Positions 1 to 11,100 of a stretch of 32,000 nucleotides of DNA are shown here, piece by piece (position 1 is the stretch's first letter; the number at the start of each line of letters is the position of its first letter). The stretch covers positions 22,230-54,229 of the forward strand of contig JAOUMJ010000020.1 of NCBI GenBank assembly GCA_029881495.1. The letters are read 5' to 3'. This DNA comes from Nitrospinota bacterium. GTDB taxonomy: Bacteria; Nitrospinota_A; UBA7883; JACRGQ01. A program made the translations under genes and the position numbers. Under the pieces are notes generated by a model, which ran no database searches, was not told the origin of the DNA, and saw nothing but the letters and a program-made list of their open reading frames with translations.

Positions 1-1
1 A

Positions 2-529
2 TACGACTATGGCGACAGGGTTTACGGGTTAAGCAGTTTCCAGGAAAACACGTTCAGGATATCCCGGCGCGATTTCGACAAGCTGGTAAAGAGGCCCGAT
101 GATTTTATTGATCGGAAAATATTCAAGGTGCTCCAGGCGGAGATATCAAAACTCTCCATCCATTACGAGGGGGAGAATTATCTGCTTGAAAAAAGCGGAA
201 GCAAGTGGAAGATGAACTCGCCACAGAAGGGCGAAGTATCCATAAGGAGAGTTGGACAGCTGATTTCATCGGTATTAAGCAGTGAATACGTGAAAATGGA
301 AGAAGGAAAAGCAAATACCGGTAGCAGCGGCTCCCCCAGCGTTCCTCTCGCTGTAATCTCCATGACGGATGCGTCCGGCAAAAGCGCGCATGAAATAACA
401 GTCATGGGCTTTACAAGGGATAAGACGATGCTTAAGGCAAGAGTAAAAGGGAGGGATATTTTGTATTACCTCCCGGAAAGTTTCCTCAAGAATATTTCAA
501 TGGATAAGCTTGAAGGATTGATCATATGA
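2..529 (+). CDS. C-terminal part of a DUF4340-like hypothetical protein (5' end outside window)
   Basis: The frame is open from base 2 (YDYGDRVYGLSSFQENTFRISRRDFDKLVKRPDDF...) and continues through the 128..529 ORF; 'F.I.....L..RPDDFIDRKIF' resembles DUF4340 proteins. Stop overlaps the start of the grpE-like ORF. Confidence 0.5.
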   Translation, partial: YDYGDRVYGLSSFQENTFRISRRDFDKLVKRPDDFIDRKIFKVLQAEISKLSIHYEGENYLLEKSGSKWKMNSPQKGEVSIRRVGQLISSVLSSEYVKMEEGKANTGSSGSPSVPLAVISMTDASGKSAHEITVMGFTRDKTMLKARVKGRDILYYLPESFLKNISMDKLEGLII

Positions 530-1125
530 GCGAAGCGAAAGAAGAGCTGATAATAAAAGATAGACGGCACTGGGTTCTTGAGGAAGCGAACGAAAAGAGC
601 CGGAATGATTCAGTCGTCGAGGCCGATATTGAACGTCTCCCTACATATGTGCAACAGCTACAACTTCAGGCCGAGGAGCACGACAAAAAACTCAAGGAGT
701 ATATTGCCGCGTACAAAGAGAAAATGGTCGAGAACGATCAGTTCAGGGCAAGGCTTGAGAAAGATGTCAATAGAAGGGTTGAGCAGGGGATAGGGAGCCT
801 GATGAAACAGATAGTGCCGGTGCTGGACAATCTTGATCTTGCCGTTGCCTCTGCGGATGGCGCGAAAGACGCGGAAAAGATGAGGGAGGGGCTAGTACTT
901 ATCAGGAATTCCATGGTAAATATTCTTAAGAATTCAGGTGTTATGGAAGTAGAGTGCATGGGAAAAACGTTTAATCCCGCCGTCGCGGAAGCTGTAGCCA
1001 GCGTTGCCGTTGAGAATGAGGATGAAGACAATATTGTAATCGAAGTGCTGCAATCTGGTTATATGCTGAACGAACTGCTGATCAGGCCTGCGCGCGTGAA
1101 AGTAGGAAAGTACGAAAAGCGATGA
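526..1125 (+). CDS. grpE: GrpE-like nucleotide exchange factor
   Basis: Long N-terminal coiled coil, '[12 protein letters not shown]', '[20 protein letters not shown]' and C-terminal '[18 protein letters not shown]', typical of GrpE; directly upstream of dnaJ with a 4-nt overlap. Confidence 0.9.
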   Translation: MSEAKEELIIKDRRHWVLEEANEKSRNDSVVEADIERLPTYVQQLQLQAEEHDKKLKEYIAAYKEKMVENDQFRARLEKDVNRRVEQGIGSLMKQIVPVLDNLDLAVASADGAKDAEKMREGLVLIRNSMVNILKNSGVMEVECMGKTFNPAVAEAVASVAVENEDEDNIVIEVLQSGYMLNELLIRPARVKVGKYEKR

Positions 1126-2228
1126 TTAAAAGGGATTATTATGAAGTTCTTGGGGTAGAGAGAAACTCGGATAAATCGGAGATCAAAAAGGCCTACAGGA
1201 AGGCCGCGATGAAATATCACCCCGATAAAAATCCCGGCGACAAGGAAGCTGAAGAGAAATTCAAGGAATCATCGGAGGCATATGAAGTTCTTCATGACGA
1301 TGAAAAACGGAGGCTCTACGACCAGTTCGGCCATGACGGTTTAAAAAGGACGGGATTCAGCGGATTTCGCGGCGCGGAAGATATCTTTTCCGCCTTTGGC
1401 GACATTTTCGGCGACATTTTCGGCGGAGGCTTCTCCGGCGGATTCGGAAGAAGAAAACAGCAGGGGCAGGGGGGAGACCTTCGATACGATCTGGAGATAT
1501 CCCTTGAGGATGCGGCCCGCGGGATGGACAAGGAGATAACTGTTGTCAAGAATATCCTCTGTCCCGTTTGCGAAGGGTCCTGTTCCGCAGAAGGGTACGG
1601 GCCTACAACATGCTCGACGTGCAACGGGCAGGGGCAGGTTGCACGGAGGCAGGGATTTTTCTCGTTTGCCGTAACATGCCCGAAATGCAACGGACAGGGG
1701 CAGGTGATTAAAAATCCGTGTAAAAAGTGCGGCGGCACCGGCGTTGAAATGAAAGAGAGAAAACTTCGGGTAAAGGTTCCGGCAGGGATCGAAAGCGGGC
1801 AAAACCTCCGACTCACAGGCGAAGGGGAACCGGGCAAATACGGCGCGCGTAACGGCGATCTCTTTGCCGTAGTCCATATACGCCAGCATGACAACTTCGA
1901 GCGTCACGGCGACGATCTCGTATGCCAGTTGCCGATCTCGTTTGCGCAGGCGGCTCTTGGCGCGGACATGGAAATAAAAACGCTTCTTGATGAAGCTACT
2001 ATAAAGATCCCGCCGGGCACGCAGTCTCAGTCATTGTTGAGGGTAAAGGGCGAGGGGATGCCGATGCTCCAAAGAAAAGGGAGAGGCGATCTTATCGTTC
2101 AGGTGATAGTTAAAACACCCGAAAACCTCACGGGCGAACAGGAAGAGATATTAAGAAAGTTTGCGGAAATATCGGGCGATAGCGTGAAAGGGAAGAACAA
2201 GGGGGTCTTCGAAAAACTTTTCCGTTAA
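1122..2228 (+). CDS. dnaJ: Chaperone protein DnaJ
   Basis: J-domain 'DYYEVLGV...[17 protein letters not shown]' with HPD, Gly/Phe region, zinc motifs CPVCEGSC / CSTCNGQG / CPKCNGQG / CKKCGGTG, C-terminal substrate-binding domain. Confidence 0.97.
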   Translation: MIKRDYYEVLGVERNSDKSEIKKAYRKAAMKYHPDKNPGDKEAEEKFKESSEAYEVLHDDEKRRLYDQFGHDGLKRTGFSGFRGAEDIFSAFGDIFGDIFGGGFSGGFGRRKQQGQGGDLRYDLEISLEDAARGMDKEITVVKNILCPVCEGSCSAEGYGPTTCSTCNGQGQVARRQGFFSFAVTCPKCNGQGQVIKNPCKKCGGTGVEMKERKLRVKVPAGIESGQNLRLTGEGEPGKYGARNGDLFAVVHIRQHDNFERHGDDLVCQLPISFAQAALGADMEIKTLLDEATIKIPPGTQSQSLLRVKGEGMPMLQRKGRGDLIVQVIVKTPENLTGEQEEILRKFAEISGDSVKGKNKGVFEKLFR

Positions 2229-2261
2229 GCTCCCATCAGAGCCGTGGCGAAGAGGCCACAG

Positions 2262-3248
2262 TTATATCAGAATTTCAACTGCCAGAAGAATGAGCGCTAT
2301 TCCCAGAAACCACTGAAACCTGTCAACGTATGTTGTAAATTTCGTAGAAGAGATATCGCTTTTCTCAAGGGCGCGGATAGATTCTATTATCGGATTGATG
2401 TTGAATACGCCGCCGGATGACGATATGAAAAGCGCATCGGTGATGTTGGCCACTTCATTCAGGGCGTCGCTGTTTTGCCGCGTAAAGACAGTGTTCCCGG
2501 AACTGTCCTTTTTATATCCAGCTAGATCGCCGTTATTATCCTTTATCGGTATAGGCGCTCCTGTTTCGCTTCCAAGCCCGACCGTATAGATCCTTATTTT
2601 CTTTTTTGCCGCTTCCCTCGCCGTTTCAGCGGGATTCCCTTCATTGTCTTCCCCGTCCGTAATAAGCACGATCACCTTTGATTTGGATTGGCTCTGCTCA
2701 AGGAGTGTTATCCCTTTTTTCATAGCTCCTGAAATATCGGTTCCGGAAAGAGGGGCGGAGCTGAAGCTGATGGAGTTGAGAAACATTTTAAATGTGGAAA
2801 TGTCGAGCGTGAGCGGACATTCCACGCCGCTGGAGCCCGCAAACACAAGAAGGCCCACCCTGTTTCCGGCGAAGGTATCGGCAAGCCGCTCGATCTCTTT
2901 TTTGGCCTTGGCAAGGCGGCTTGGAGCAACATCCTCCGCGGCCATGCTCAGCGAGATATCGAGCATCACGAGGATATCTATCCCGACACGCTTCACTTCC
3001 TTTGGCTCAACACCGAACTGGGGCCGCGCAAGAGCGACAATAAGAACTGTAAGCGATGTCATGAGCAGGGCAAATTTCAAGAACCTTTTCCACCTGTCGG
3101 CGCCGGAGAGGAGCTTTGGGAGGAGTGAAGAGTCGGCGAATTTCTCAAGACGCTTTGCGAACTCCTTGTTGAAAAGCCAGAATAGAAGAACGAGCAAAGG
3201 CACAATTGCCAAAAGATATAGCCATTCATGACTGCCGAATTTTATCAT
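2262..3248 (-). CDS. VWA-domain membrane protein, BatA/BatB-like
   Basis: N-terminal TM segments, MIDAS motif 'VMLDISLSM', 'VIVLITDGEDNEG', C-terminal TM; overlaps the next VWA gene. Confidence 0.8.
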   Translation of the reverse strand: MIKFGSHEWLYLLAIVPLLVLLFWLFNKEFAKRLEKFADSSLLPKLLSGADRWKRFLKFALLMTSLTVLIVALARPQFGVEPKEVKRVGIDILVMLDISLSMAAEDVAPSRLAKAKKEIERLADTFAGNRVGLLVFAGSSGVECPLTLDISTFKMFLNSISFSSAPLSGTDISGAMKKGITLLEQSQSKSKVIVLITDGEDNEGNPAETAREAAKKKIRIYTVGLGSETGAPIPIKDNNGDLAGYKKDSSGNTVFTRQNSDALNEVANITDALFISSSGGVFNINPIIESIRALEKSDISSTKFTTYVDRFQWFLGIALILLAVEILI

Positions 3249-4234
3249 TCGTGAAGACTCCTCAGGAACCTGTTACGCAAGATCCATTCGAAAAGAAGAG
3301 GGAAGAGCGCAAGCCCGGCGAGCCAAGTGAACTGTTCCGTATATTCATAATAGATATTGCTTTTCACTTCGGATTTTTCCAGGTGGTCGATCTCGTCATA
3401 TATCCCTGTAAGTTCCTTTTCGTTGCGAGCGGCATAATACCTGGCCCCTGTTTTAGACGCTATTTCGCGTAACAGCGCTTCGTCTATTTCACTTTTTACC
3501 GAAACTTTCCTTTTTCCGTATCGCGGATCGTCGATGGTTTGCTGAAAGATCCCTTCTCTGCCAACCCCGATCGTGTAGACTTTTATCTTCTCGGCAATCG
3601 CAAGCTCGGTCGCCGACCGCGGATCTATAAGCCCCCGGTTGTTCACGCCGTCCGTCAGGAGGATTATGATTTTGCTTGTCGCCTTTGAATCCCTCAGGCG
3701 GTTGATGCCGTTGGCGATCGCCATTCCGATCGCAGTGCCGTCCTCCAGAAGTCCGCTGTGAACCGGCGCGATGAAGGATCTGAGGACGTCGTAATCGAGG
3801 GTAAGCGGACATCTGGTGAAGCTGGTGCCGGCAAAGAGTATAAGCCCTATTCTGTCATTCACCCGGTTGCCGATGAATCTCGAAATTGCGTTTTTTGCGG
3901 CTTCCAGCCGAGAGGGCTGCATATCCATTATGTCCATGCTGGTCGACGTATCAAGGGCAAGATAGATATCGATACCCTCGCGGGTAATTTCCCGGTACCC
4001 CTGCCCGGTCTGCGGGCGCGCTATGGCGAAGATAAGGAGCAGTATCGCAAAGATTCTCAGCGTAAAAGGGAGAGGGCGCAGGCGCGTAATCCCGGATGGA
4101 GCTATCGCTTTTATCCTCCCGATGGAGGAGTACCGAATCCCGCTCTTCTTTGCTCTGAATCTCCTCCGGTACAGGATCGCCAGAAACGGGACCAATGCCA
4201 ATAAAAGCAGGAAGTAAGGGTGTGCAAATCTCAT
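3245..4234 (-). CDS. VWA-domain membrane protein, BatA-like
   Basis: N-terminal TMs ('LLALVPFLAILYRRRF'), MIDAS 'LALDTSTSMDIMD', 'IIILLTDGVNNRG', C-terminal TM; 4-nt overlap with downstream VWA gene. Confidence 0.82.
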   Translation of the reverse strand: MRFAHPYFLLLLALVPFLAILYRRRFRAKKSGIRYSSIGRIKAIAPSGITRLRPLPFTLRIFAILLLIFAIARPQTGQGYREITREGIDIYLALDTSTSMDIMDMQPSRLEAAKNAISRFIGNRVNDRIGLILFAGTSFTRCPLTLDYDVLRSFIAPVHSGLLEDGTAIGMAIANGINRLRDSKATSKIIILLTDGVNNRGLIDPRSATELAIAEKIKVYTIGVGREGIFQQTIDDPRYGKRKVSVKSEIDEALLREIASKTGARYYAARNEKELTGIYDEIDHLEKSEVKSNIYYEYTEQFTWLAGLALFPLLFEWILRNRFLRSLHE

Positions 4235-4339
4235 AAATTATAAATCCATTTCCGATTAATTGGCTATTCTAAAGCTCTTTTGCTATAATAAGAACACAAG
4301 ATGTTCAGCAGAGCGCTTTTTTTTGGCGCCTAATAACCG

Positions 4340-4369
4340 TTGACAAGCGGTTTTTTAATCTGCTACCTT
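4340..4369 (+). promoter_or_regulatory. Possible sigma70-type promoter upstream of the 4454..4897 ORF
   Basis: TTGACA at 4340-4345, 18-nt spacer, TACCTT at 4364-4369. Confidence 0.3.
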
Positions 4370-4453
4370 GTCGCTGTATCTGGGGACGGGCTATTTCCAG
4401 CAGATGGAAAATGTTCCGCAATATTTTCGCAGTTAATCTACGGATCAAAAATA

Positions 4454-4897
4454 ATGAATAATTCTAATTCAGGAAACAGAAGCCAGCGCCCAGGCGGCCC
4501 TCCGCACGGCAAACCGAGAGGCTCACAGGGGCCGCAGGGAAGAAGCAGACCCGTATCTTCAAACTATCAGGTAGATCTTTTTCATCACCAGATAGGCGCC
4601 AAGGCGGGACAGCAGCCGAGCGGCCACACGAGACCCTCTTCGGGCGGTGGTCCTCGATATGGACAGTCCAAGGGGATTAATGCGCGCCCCGCACAAGGGA
4701 GGCATCAGGCACCAAGACCTAAGGGTCCGGTTGGTCCATCGAAATCACAGAGAAAAGGGTACACGGTACACAATTTCGAATTGAAGGACGAACTCTACAA
4801 GAACTTCGAGGAAAAGCTGAAGGAGACTTCCAAAACTCCGAAGGAAGTCATTAACCAGCTGATAAGCTTTTTCAACATGGGTAAAATCAAGATTTAG
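4454..4897 (+). CDS. Hypothetical basic, Gly/Pro/Arg/Gln-rich (likely disordered) protein with a short structured C-terminus
   Basis: ORF 4340..4897; ATG at 4454 gives 'MNNSNSGNRSQRPGGPPHGKPRGSQGPQGRSRP...' followed by 'YTVHNFELKDELYKNFEEKLKETSKTPKEVINQLISFFNMGKIKI'. Confidence 0.6.
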   Translation: MNNSNSGNRSQRPGGPPHGKPRGSQGPQGRSRPVSSNYQVDLFHHQIGAKAGQQPSGHTRPSSGGGPRYGQSKGINARPAQGRHQAPRPKGPVGPSKSQRKGYTVHNFELKDELYKNFEEKLKETSKTPKEVINQLISFFNMGKIKI

Positions 4898-4955
4898 CAT
4901 CTTGGTGCAAAAAACACTCCAACCGGCACTTCTCAACTTGCATTTACGCTGATCT

Positions 4956-7900
4956 ATGGATGAGCGTCTTCACGTCTATCCCACACGCTTAAAGGTCGAG
5001 GAGGTCGAGGCCGAAAGGTATCGCTCAGCCGGGGCTGTTTTCAGCAAACACCTGATAAGCATTTTCGAATTGGAAGGTCGGCTCGCCCGCGACCTCGTGC
5101 CATATAATCCGATAAGCGAAGTCGAGAGATGGCTTCTCATCAATCAGTCGATAATTTCCGAAAAATCGCTCGGAAGGGATAGAGCGATGGCCCCCCTCAT
5201 ATCAAGTGACGGATTCGTAAGATCCGTTGGGGAATTGATCCAGCAGATAAAACTCGGTCTTGTCGATTCAGCCGATCTTGAAAAAATAAACGGGTTTGCC
5301 CCCGGCAAGGAGGGGTGGATAAAAAAGGTATTTGCCGCCTATCAAAAATTGCTTCGAACCGAGGGGCTTTACGATTCCGCGGATATCAGCATGGAGCTTG
5401 TCAAAAAACTCCATGACGGAGTGGCTCCTCCTGCATGGTTGAGGAGTTTCAGCGGAATTGATTTTTTCGATATCTATCACTACACACCTTTCCGTTTCGA
5501 AATGATTACCCGGCTTGCTGAAGTGGTAAATATAGTTGTTCATTTCCCGTTGCCGGATGAGAGGCGGAAGGCGTTTGATTTTGTGGAACGGGACATTCAG
5601 AAATTCCAGAGCCTGGCCGGTATGGAAGGGAAGCTTGAGCTTGCGTTTGATTCTCTCCCAGGAGACGATCCCGGGAATAAGAAAAAAACCGCGCTTGATA
5701 TCCTTGCAGGGCAGATATTCTCAGAAGAGGCGGGGGATGCCGAAGAGGAAATATCCGATAGCGTAGAGGTGGTAAAAAATTCCGGCAGATACCGGGAGAT
5801 AGAGGAAGTCGCCTCAAGGATAATGGATCTCAAGGAGAGCCGGAGGAGTTGGTCTGATTTCTGTCTTGTATTCCGCCAGACAGGGAGCTACGCGAATATA
5901 GTGGAAGATGTTTTCCGCCGCGCCGGGATACCTGTCTATATAAGACGCGGATTGCCCGTAAAGAACAATCTTCTTGTAAAGACGATTCTTGGAATTTTCA
6001 GGATAATCGAAACCGGGTATGACCGGGATGAAATAGTAAAACTTATGACTTCCGATTACTTCGATATCGGCCTCTCCCGTGAATTTGCGAGATATCTTGA
6101 AAAAATATTCATGGATGCCGGAATCATCAGCGGTCCTCCCTCCTTGCTGGAAAAGAAATGCGCCGCTTATTTGAAACGGGGCATTGAAATGGATGGTGTG
6201 CCGGTAGCGGCAGAAACAGTCGACGATATTTCCGCGGGACTAAAAAAGGTATTTTCCATACTGAAGGAAGTTGAAAAACTCTCCCGCGCATCGAAAGCGG
6301 GGGAGACCATAGCGATATTCAGGAAGCTGCTAAAAATATTTTCTCCCAGGGCGATCCAGTTCGGCTTCCCGTTCTTCACAAGAGACCTCTTCTGCAAGGG
6401 GAGGTTCTATGAAGTAGTGGAGGAAGCTGAAAATGCGGTCAAGGAGCATAAGCTGGGGGAGTCCCGCTTCGGATGGGGGGATCTAAGGAGGTTGCTTTTC
6501 AACTCGCTTGGAAACGCGGAGCTTCCCGAATGGTCTGAGAAGAATCATGTCTACGCGCTCAATATCCATGAGCTGGCAGGGAGGAGGTTCCCTTACATTT
6601 TTGTTTGCGGTCTGCACGACGGGGAGTTCCCGCTTAAATCGGAGCATGGGGCTGTGCTTTCAGAATCTGAAAAAAAGCTTTTCAATGAAAAACACTCTGA
6701 AACCGTCCTCGCCCGAATGGCCGAGAGGAAAATGGGGAGGCAGGTTTTCAGCAGGCTCGGAGAGACGTGGGACGAAGAATCTTTCCTCTTCTTTCTTGCC
6801 GTACGTTCCGCGAGGGAGAAAATATATTTTTCATACTCCACGCACGACCTGAACGGAAAGGAACTCGGCAAGTCGACCTTTCTTTACGATATAAAAACGG
6901 TCTTACCTGCGCTTGCCGAAACAGCGACGAGGTCTGTCGCGCTTGAGAAGGGATATTTCGAGCAGATAGACCACCCGGCGCGTGAGGCAAAGCTGTTGCG
7001 CGACATTTTCAATACGCCAGAGGAAAACGCCGGAGCGTTGGCTGATTACTACAGAAGCGTGGTTGGCCATCCGGTCACGGGAAAGAGTTTCATAAACTCG
7101 TGCGAAAGGAGCATGATAGAAAGGGAGCGGGACAAATTTTATTCGTCTGCCGAGCCTGACGTCCGGGCAAACGCGTCAAGCGTATATACCGGCAAGGTTG
7201 GGGAGATGCCATTGCTCTCGGGATACGTTGAGAAGGAAGCGCGGAAAGGATTTTCCGCAACCGCGATCGAGAGGTTTGCAAATTGCGCGTTTCGCTATTT
7301 CATGGACAGGCCGCTCCAGGTAAAGCCGCAGGAGCTGCCAAGGGCCGATATTGAAAGGACCGTGAAGGGGAGCATCGCGCATGAGATCCTAGAGATATAT
7401 TATGCGCCAAAGGGGAAATTCAAGGTTCGCTCATCTCTTGAGCCTCGAAATGCGAGGGAGAAAAGGTTGAACACCGTTGCCGAAAAGGTATTTGCAAAGT
7501 GGGAGAAGTCCGAACTGAAAGGGGAGCCTGCCATCTGGGAGATAACCAAGGAGCAGATAAGGAGGGCGCTCTCGCTTTATCTCCGCTCCGAAGAGACAGC
7601 GTTCGAAAAGGAGCCCTTCACTGTGGTGGCTACCGAATTGAAGTTCGGCCCGGATGAACCCTTCTCCGTATCATTAAAACTGCCGGGCGGGGAGATGTCT
7701 TTCAACGGCCTTATCGACAGGATTGATCTTCTGGACGCGAAAGGGATGCTGAGGGTAGTTGATTACAAATATTCGAGCAACACATCGAAGTTCTCAAAAT
7801 TGGTGAAGAGTGAAAAATATGGCGAAGAGAGTTTTCAGGTTCCTGTATATCTTCTCGCCGCGCTGAATTTGGCAGAAAGAAAGGAAGAGTTCTCCGAAAT

Positions 7901-8153
7901 CAAAACGGCGGTGGCAAGCTACATCACCTTGAAGAAGGAGCCGAAGGAATCGGCTGTATCGCCAACGGCCTCGCTGTCGTCGGGTGACGGCGATTTCTCC
8001 TTCGATAACGCGGAATTCCTCTCGAGGTTTGAGAATATCAGAACGAAGATGAATTCGGGCGATTTTTCCGTTACGCCGAAGGATTGTGTTTTTTGCAAAT
8101 ACCGAAGGGCATGCAGGTACAGAGAGGTTATGAGCGTTGAACTTGGAGAGTAG
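4956..8153 (+). CDS. AddB-like / PD-(D/E)XK-family nuclease of a RecBCD/AddAB-type complex
   Basis: C-terminal nuclease region 'SATAIERFANCAFRYF', 'GSIAHEILE', 'GLIDRIDLL...LRVVDYKYSSN' and cysteine cluster 'CVFCKYRRACRY' consistent with an AddB-type Fe-S cluster; immediately followed by an AddA-like gene. Confidence 0.8.
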   Translation: MDERLHVYPTRLKVEEVEAERYRSAGAVFSKHLISIFELEGRLARDLVPYNPISEVERWLLINQSIISEKSLGRDRAMAPLISSDGFVRSVGELIQQIKLGLVDSADLEKINGFAPGKEGWIKKVFAAYQKLLRTEGLYDSADISMELVKKLHDGVAPPAWLRSFSGIDFFDIYHYTPFRFEMITRLAEVVNIVVHFPLPDERRKAFDFVERDIQKFQSLAGMEGKLELAFDSLPGDDPGNKKKTALDILAGQIFSEEAGDAEEEISDSVEVVKNSGRYREIEEVASRIMDLKESRRSWSDFCLVFRQTGSYANIVEDVFRRAGIPVYIRRGLPVKNNLLVKTILGIFRIIETGYDRDEIVKLMTSDYFDIGLSREFARYLEKIFMDAGIISGPPSLLEKKCAAYLKRGIEMDGVPVAAETVDDISAGLKKVFSILKEVEKLSRASKAGETIAIFRKLLKIFSPRAIQFGFPFFTRDLFCKGRFYEVVEEAENAVKEHKLGESRFGWGDLRRLLFNSLGNAELPEWSEKNHVYALNIHELAGRRFPYIFVCGLHDGEFPLKSEHGAVLSESEKKLFNEKHSETVLARMAERKMGRQVFSRLGETWDEESFLFFLAVRSAREKIYFSYSTHDLNGKELGKSTFLYDIKTVLPALAETATRSVALEKGYFEQIDHPAREAKLLRDIFNTPEENAGALADYYRSVVGHPVTGKSFINSCERSMIERERDKFYSSAEPDVRANASSVYTGKVGEMPLLSGYVEKEARKGFSATAIERFANCAFRYFMDRPLQVKPQELPRADIERTVKGSIAHEILEIYYAPKGKFKVRSSLEPRNAREKRLNTVAEKVFAKWEKSELKGEPAIWEITKEQIRRALSLYLRSEETAFEKEPFTVVATELKFGPDEPFSVSLKLPGGEMSFNGLIDRIDLLDAKGMLRVVDYKYSSNTSKFSKLVKSEKYGEESFQVPVYLLAALNLAERKEEFSEIKTAVASYITLKKEPKESAVSPTASLSSGDGDFSFDNAEFLSRFENIRTKMNSGDFSVTPKDCVFCKYRRACRYREVMSVELGE

Positions 8154-11100
8154 CAGGGCAGAGGAGATAGTAGGGTTCGAAGGGGACACCTGCGTTCGCG
8201 CCTCGGCGGGGACGGGGAAGACCTTTATTCTCGTCGAGAAATTCATGCACATCCTGAAAGAGAAAACCGACGACAGTTATACGAAGATAGAAAATATCCT
8301 CGCGATAACCTTTACCGACAAAGCAGCGGAGGATATGCGGAAGAGGATAGGGGACAAAATATATGAAGAGGTGCGCGAGCTTGAAAAGCGGGAGAGAACA
8401 AAGGAAGAGGAAAAACTGCTAAGGCATCTTCGCACGGCAAGGAGGCTGTTGACGAAGGCGTACATCTCAACGATTCACTCCTTCTGCGCGAGGATATTAA
8501 GGGAGAATCCGCTGGAGGCAGGGATAGACCCGCAGTTTGAGATACTTGACGCGCAGAGGACTGGCGCGTTGCAGTCCAGATCGCTTGAACGTTTCCTTCT
8601 GGATAAACTGAGGAGAGGCGACAAGCCGGTTGCCGAACTTGCATACAGGTTCGGATTCGATTCGGATTTCGCGTTTGAGAGTTCGCTTTTCAGCCTCGTA
8701 TTGAGCCTCCTCCCTTTGATGAGAGCGGCGGGAGTAGATATTTTCTCCGAAAGGGCCTTGCTGTCCGAGTATTCGGAAAAGCTGGATGATGCTGAGAAAA
8801 TGCTTTCAGAACAAAAGAAGCAGTGTGCGTCCATTCTAAACGGGATGTCGGCTGAAATTTCAACCGAGAAACAGAAGGTGATAATGGAAATGCTTGTGAG
8901 TGGGATTTCCGCTCTTTCACCCTCAAGCGATATTGGGAATGAGGACACGCGGAAAAGCGTAAGCGGTATGAAATCTGCCATCAACCTGAATACCTTTAAA
9001 GGTAAAAAAGATGGCAATCTAAAGGCGCTGGCAACCGAGCTAAAAGAGACGCTGGAATTATATGAAATGACGGTTGTCTCTTCTCTCGCGCGTGAATCAG
9101 CCAGGCAGATAGCCGAGCTTGTCGGAGAGTTTTATCAGTACATGGAATCGTCCGTGAAGAACAGGGGCTTGCTTGATTTTGACGACTTGCAGGAGATGAC
9201 CCTCTGGCTTTTCAGGCGAAATGAAAGGATACTCGCGTATTACAGAAAAATGTTCCGCAATGTGCTGGTAGACGAGTTTCAGGATGTGAACGGTCTGCAG
9301 AAAATGATAGTGGAACAACTTGCCCCTCCCGGCGAAGGGAAACTTTTCGTGGTGGGGGACGTAAAGCAGGCGATATACGGATTTCGCGGGGGAGACCTTG
9401 AGGTGTTCGACGAAACCGAAAGAGCGATTGTAGAGAATGGCGGCGGGCTTTTCCGCCTGAATGTAAACAGGCGTTCAAATCCCGGTCTTGTGAAATTCGT
9501 GAACAGCTACTTCGGAAGATATGAGAAGAGCGTTTTCGACGCTGGTGATGAATGCGTATCTATGATGGATGAAACCGAAGTTTCGCCGGTGGAGTACTAT
9601 ACCTTCTCTGATGAAGAGAGCGCCGACAAGAGGCGGTTCAGCGAAGCAAATTTTATCGCGTCGCGAATAAACCGGCTGGTAGGTGAAAACAAGGCAAAGT
9701 TTTCCGACATGGCGATCCTTCTGCGAAAGTTTACCCCCCTCCCTATATACGAGGCCGCGCTTTCCCGGAATGGAGTGAGATACGCGGTACACAGGGGAAC
9801 AGGATTCTACAAGAGCCAGGAGGTGGCGGATCTTATTTCGATTCTCTCCTTCATTGATAATCCCGGCGACATAGTATCCTGGGTCGGCGCGGTGCGCTCC
9901 CCATACTGCGGATGTTCGGACAGGACCCTTTTCACGCTGAGGAGGGATGGTGAAGGAAAAACGGTCGAGCCGTACCGCCTCTTTTCAAGGGATGCCTATC
10001 TCCCCCCGCTTGATGAAGGGGAGGGGGAGAAATTCTCCGCCTTTGCGGAATGGGTCACTTTATTGATAAATCTGAAGGACAGGATGGCGGTATCGGAAAT
10101 AATCGAAACTGTTCTGGAAAAGAGCAGGATAACCGGCCTTCTTGGAGCGCAGAACGACGGTCTGCAAAAAGTTGCCAACGTGCTGAAGCTTATCGAAACC
10201 GCGAGGATGATGGAGCAGGAGCCGGGATTTACGCTGAAAAATTTCGTAAGGCACATCACGCGACTCTATGAACAGGAGGAGAGGGAATCCGAGGCAGTTG
10301 TCGTATCGGAAGAGGAGAATGCTGTAAAGATAATGACCGTGCATCAGAGCAAAGGGCTGGAATTCGGCATTGTATTCCTGCCGGACATTGGATCAAGCGG
10401 GAAGCGCGGAGGAGGATCGGCGATATTCCATAAGCGTAAAGGCTTGGCGGTAAAATATGTCGAGAAGGAAACCTTGTCATCCCATTCAGGGATCGTCTTT
10501 GAATCCACTAAGGAAGAGATAGAAGAAAAAGAGAAGAGCGACGCGAAGAGGCTTTTCTACGTCGGCTGTACCAGGGCGAAGGATATGCTGGTGCTTAGCG
10601 GATGCCCGGACCCGAAAAAGAAGAGGAGTGAAGCTTTGTCGGGCCTGGATGAATTGATGGAGCGCGAACCCTCCCTGTTCAATATCGTTTCCATACCCGT
10701 TGCAACTATGGAGGAGATAAGGGAACAGCGAACCCCATATGATGTATTGTCCGCCGGAGAAGAGCCGAAGAATACTGAATTGGGCAAAGGGGGCGAAGGG
10801 GTTGCGCCAATGGAACCCGCAGATGAAAGGAAAGAGGTCTTTGTCGATACAAGGAGCCTCGCCTCGTTCGCGAAATGTAAAAGGGAGTACATGCTTGGGA
10901 GATTGTACAGCGTGCCGGCAGAGAGGAGTTATCATGGCGGGCGCGGAGGGCGCAAGGGTGTTTACGAAGCGATGGAGATCGGCAACGCGATACACGCGAT
11001 TCTTGAAAAGCTCGATCTTGAGGTCCCGCAAGATGAAATGAGGACAGAAATTATCAAAATGGCGAAAAGGGAATTGCCTCTAGCATCAGAGGCGGAACTC

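Noticed and set aside
2262-4234. Tandem VWA genes as a possible novel MoxR-VWA ternary system
   Set aside because: They read as ordinary BatA/BatB-type membrane VWA proteins; no MoxR ATPase, DUF58 or toxin-like partner is in the adjacent sequence.
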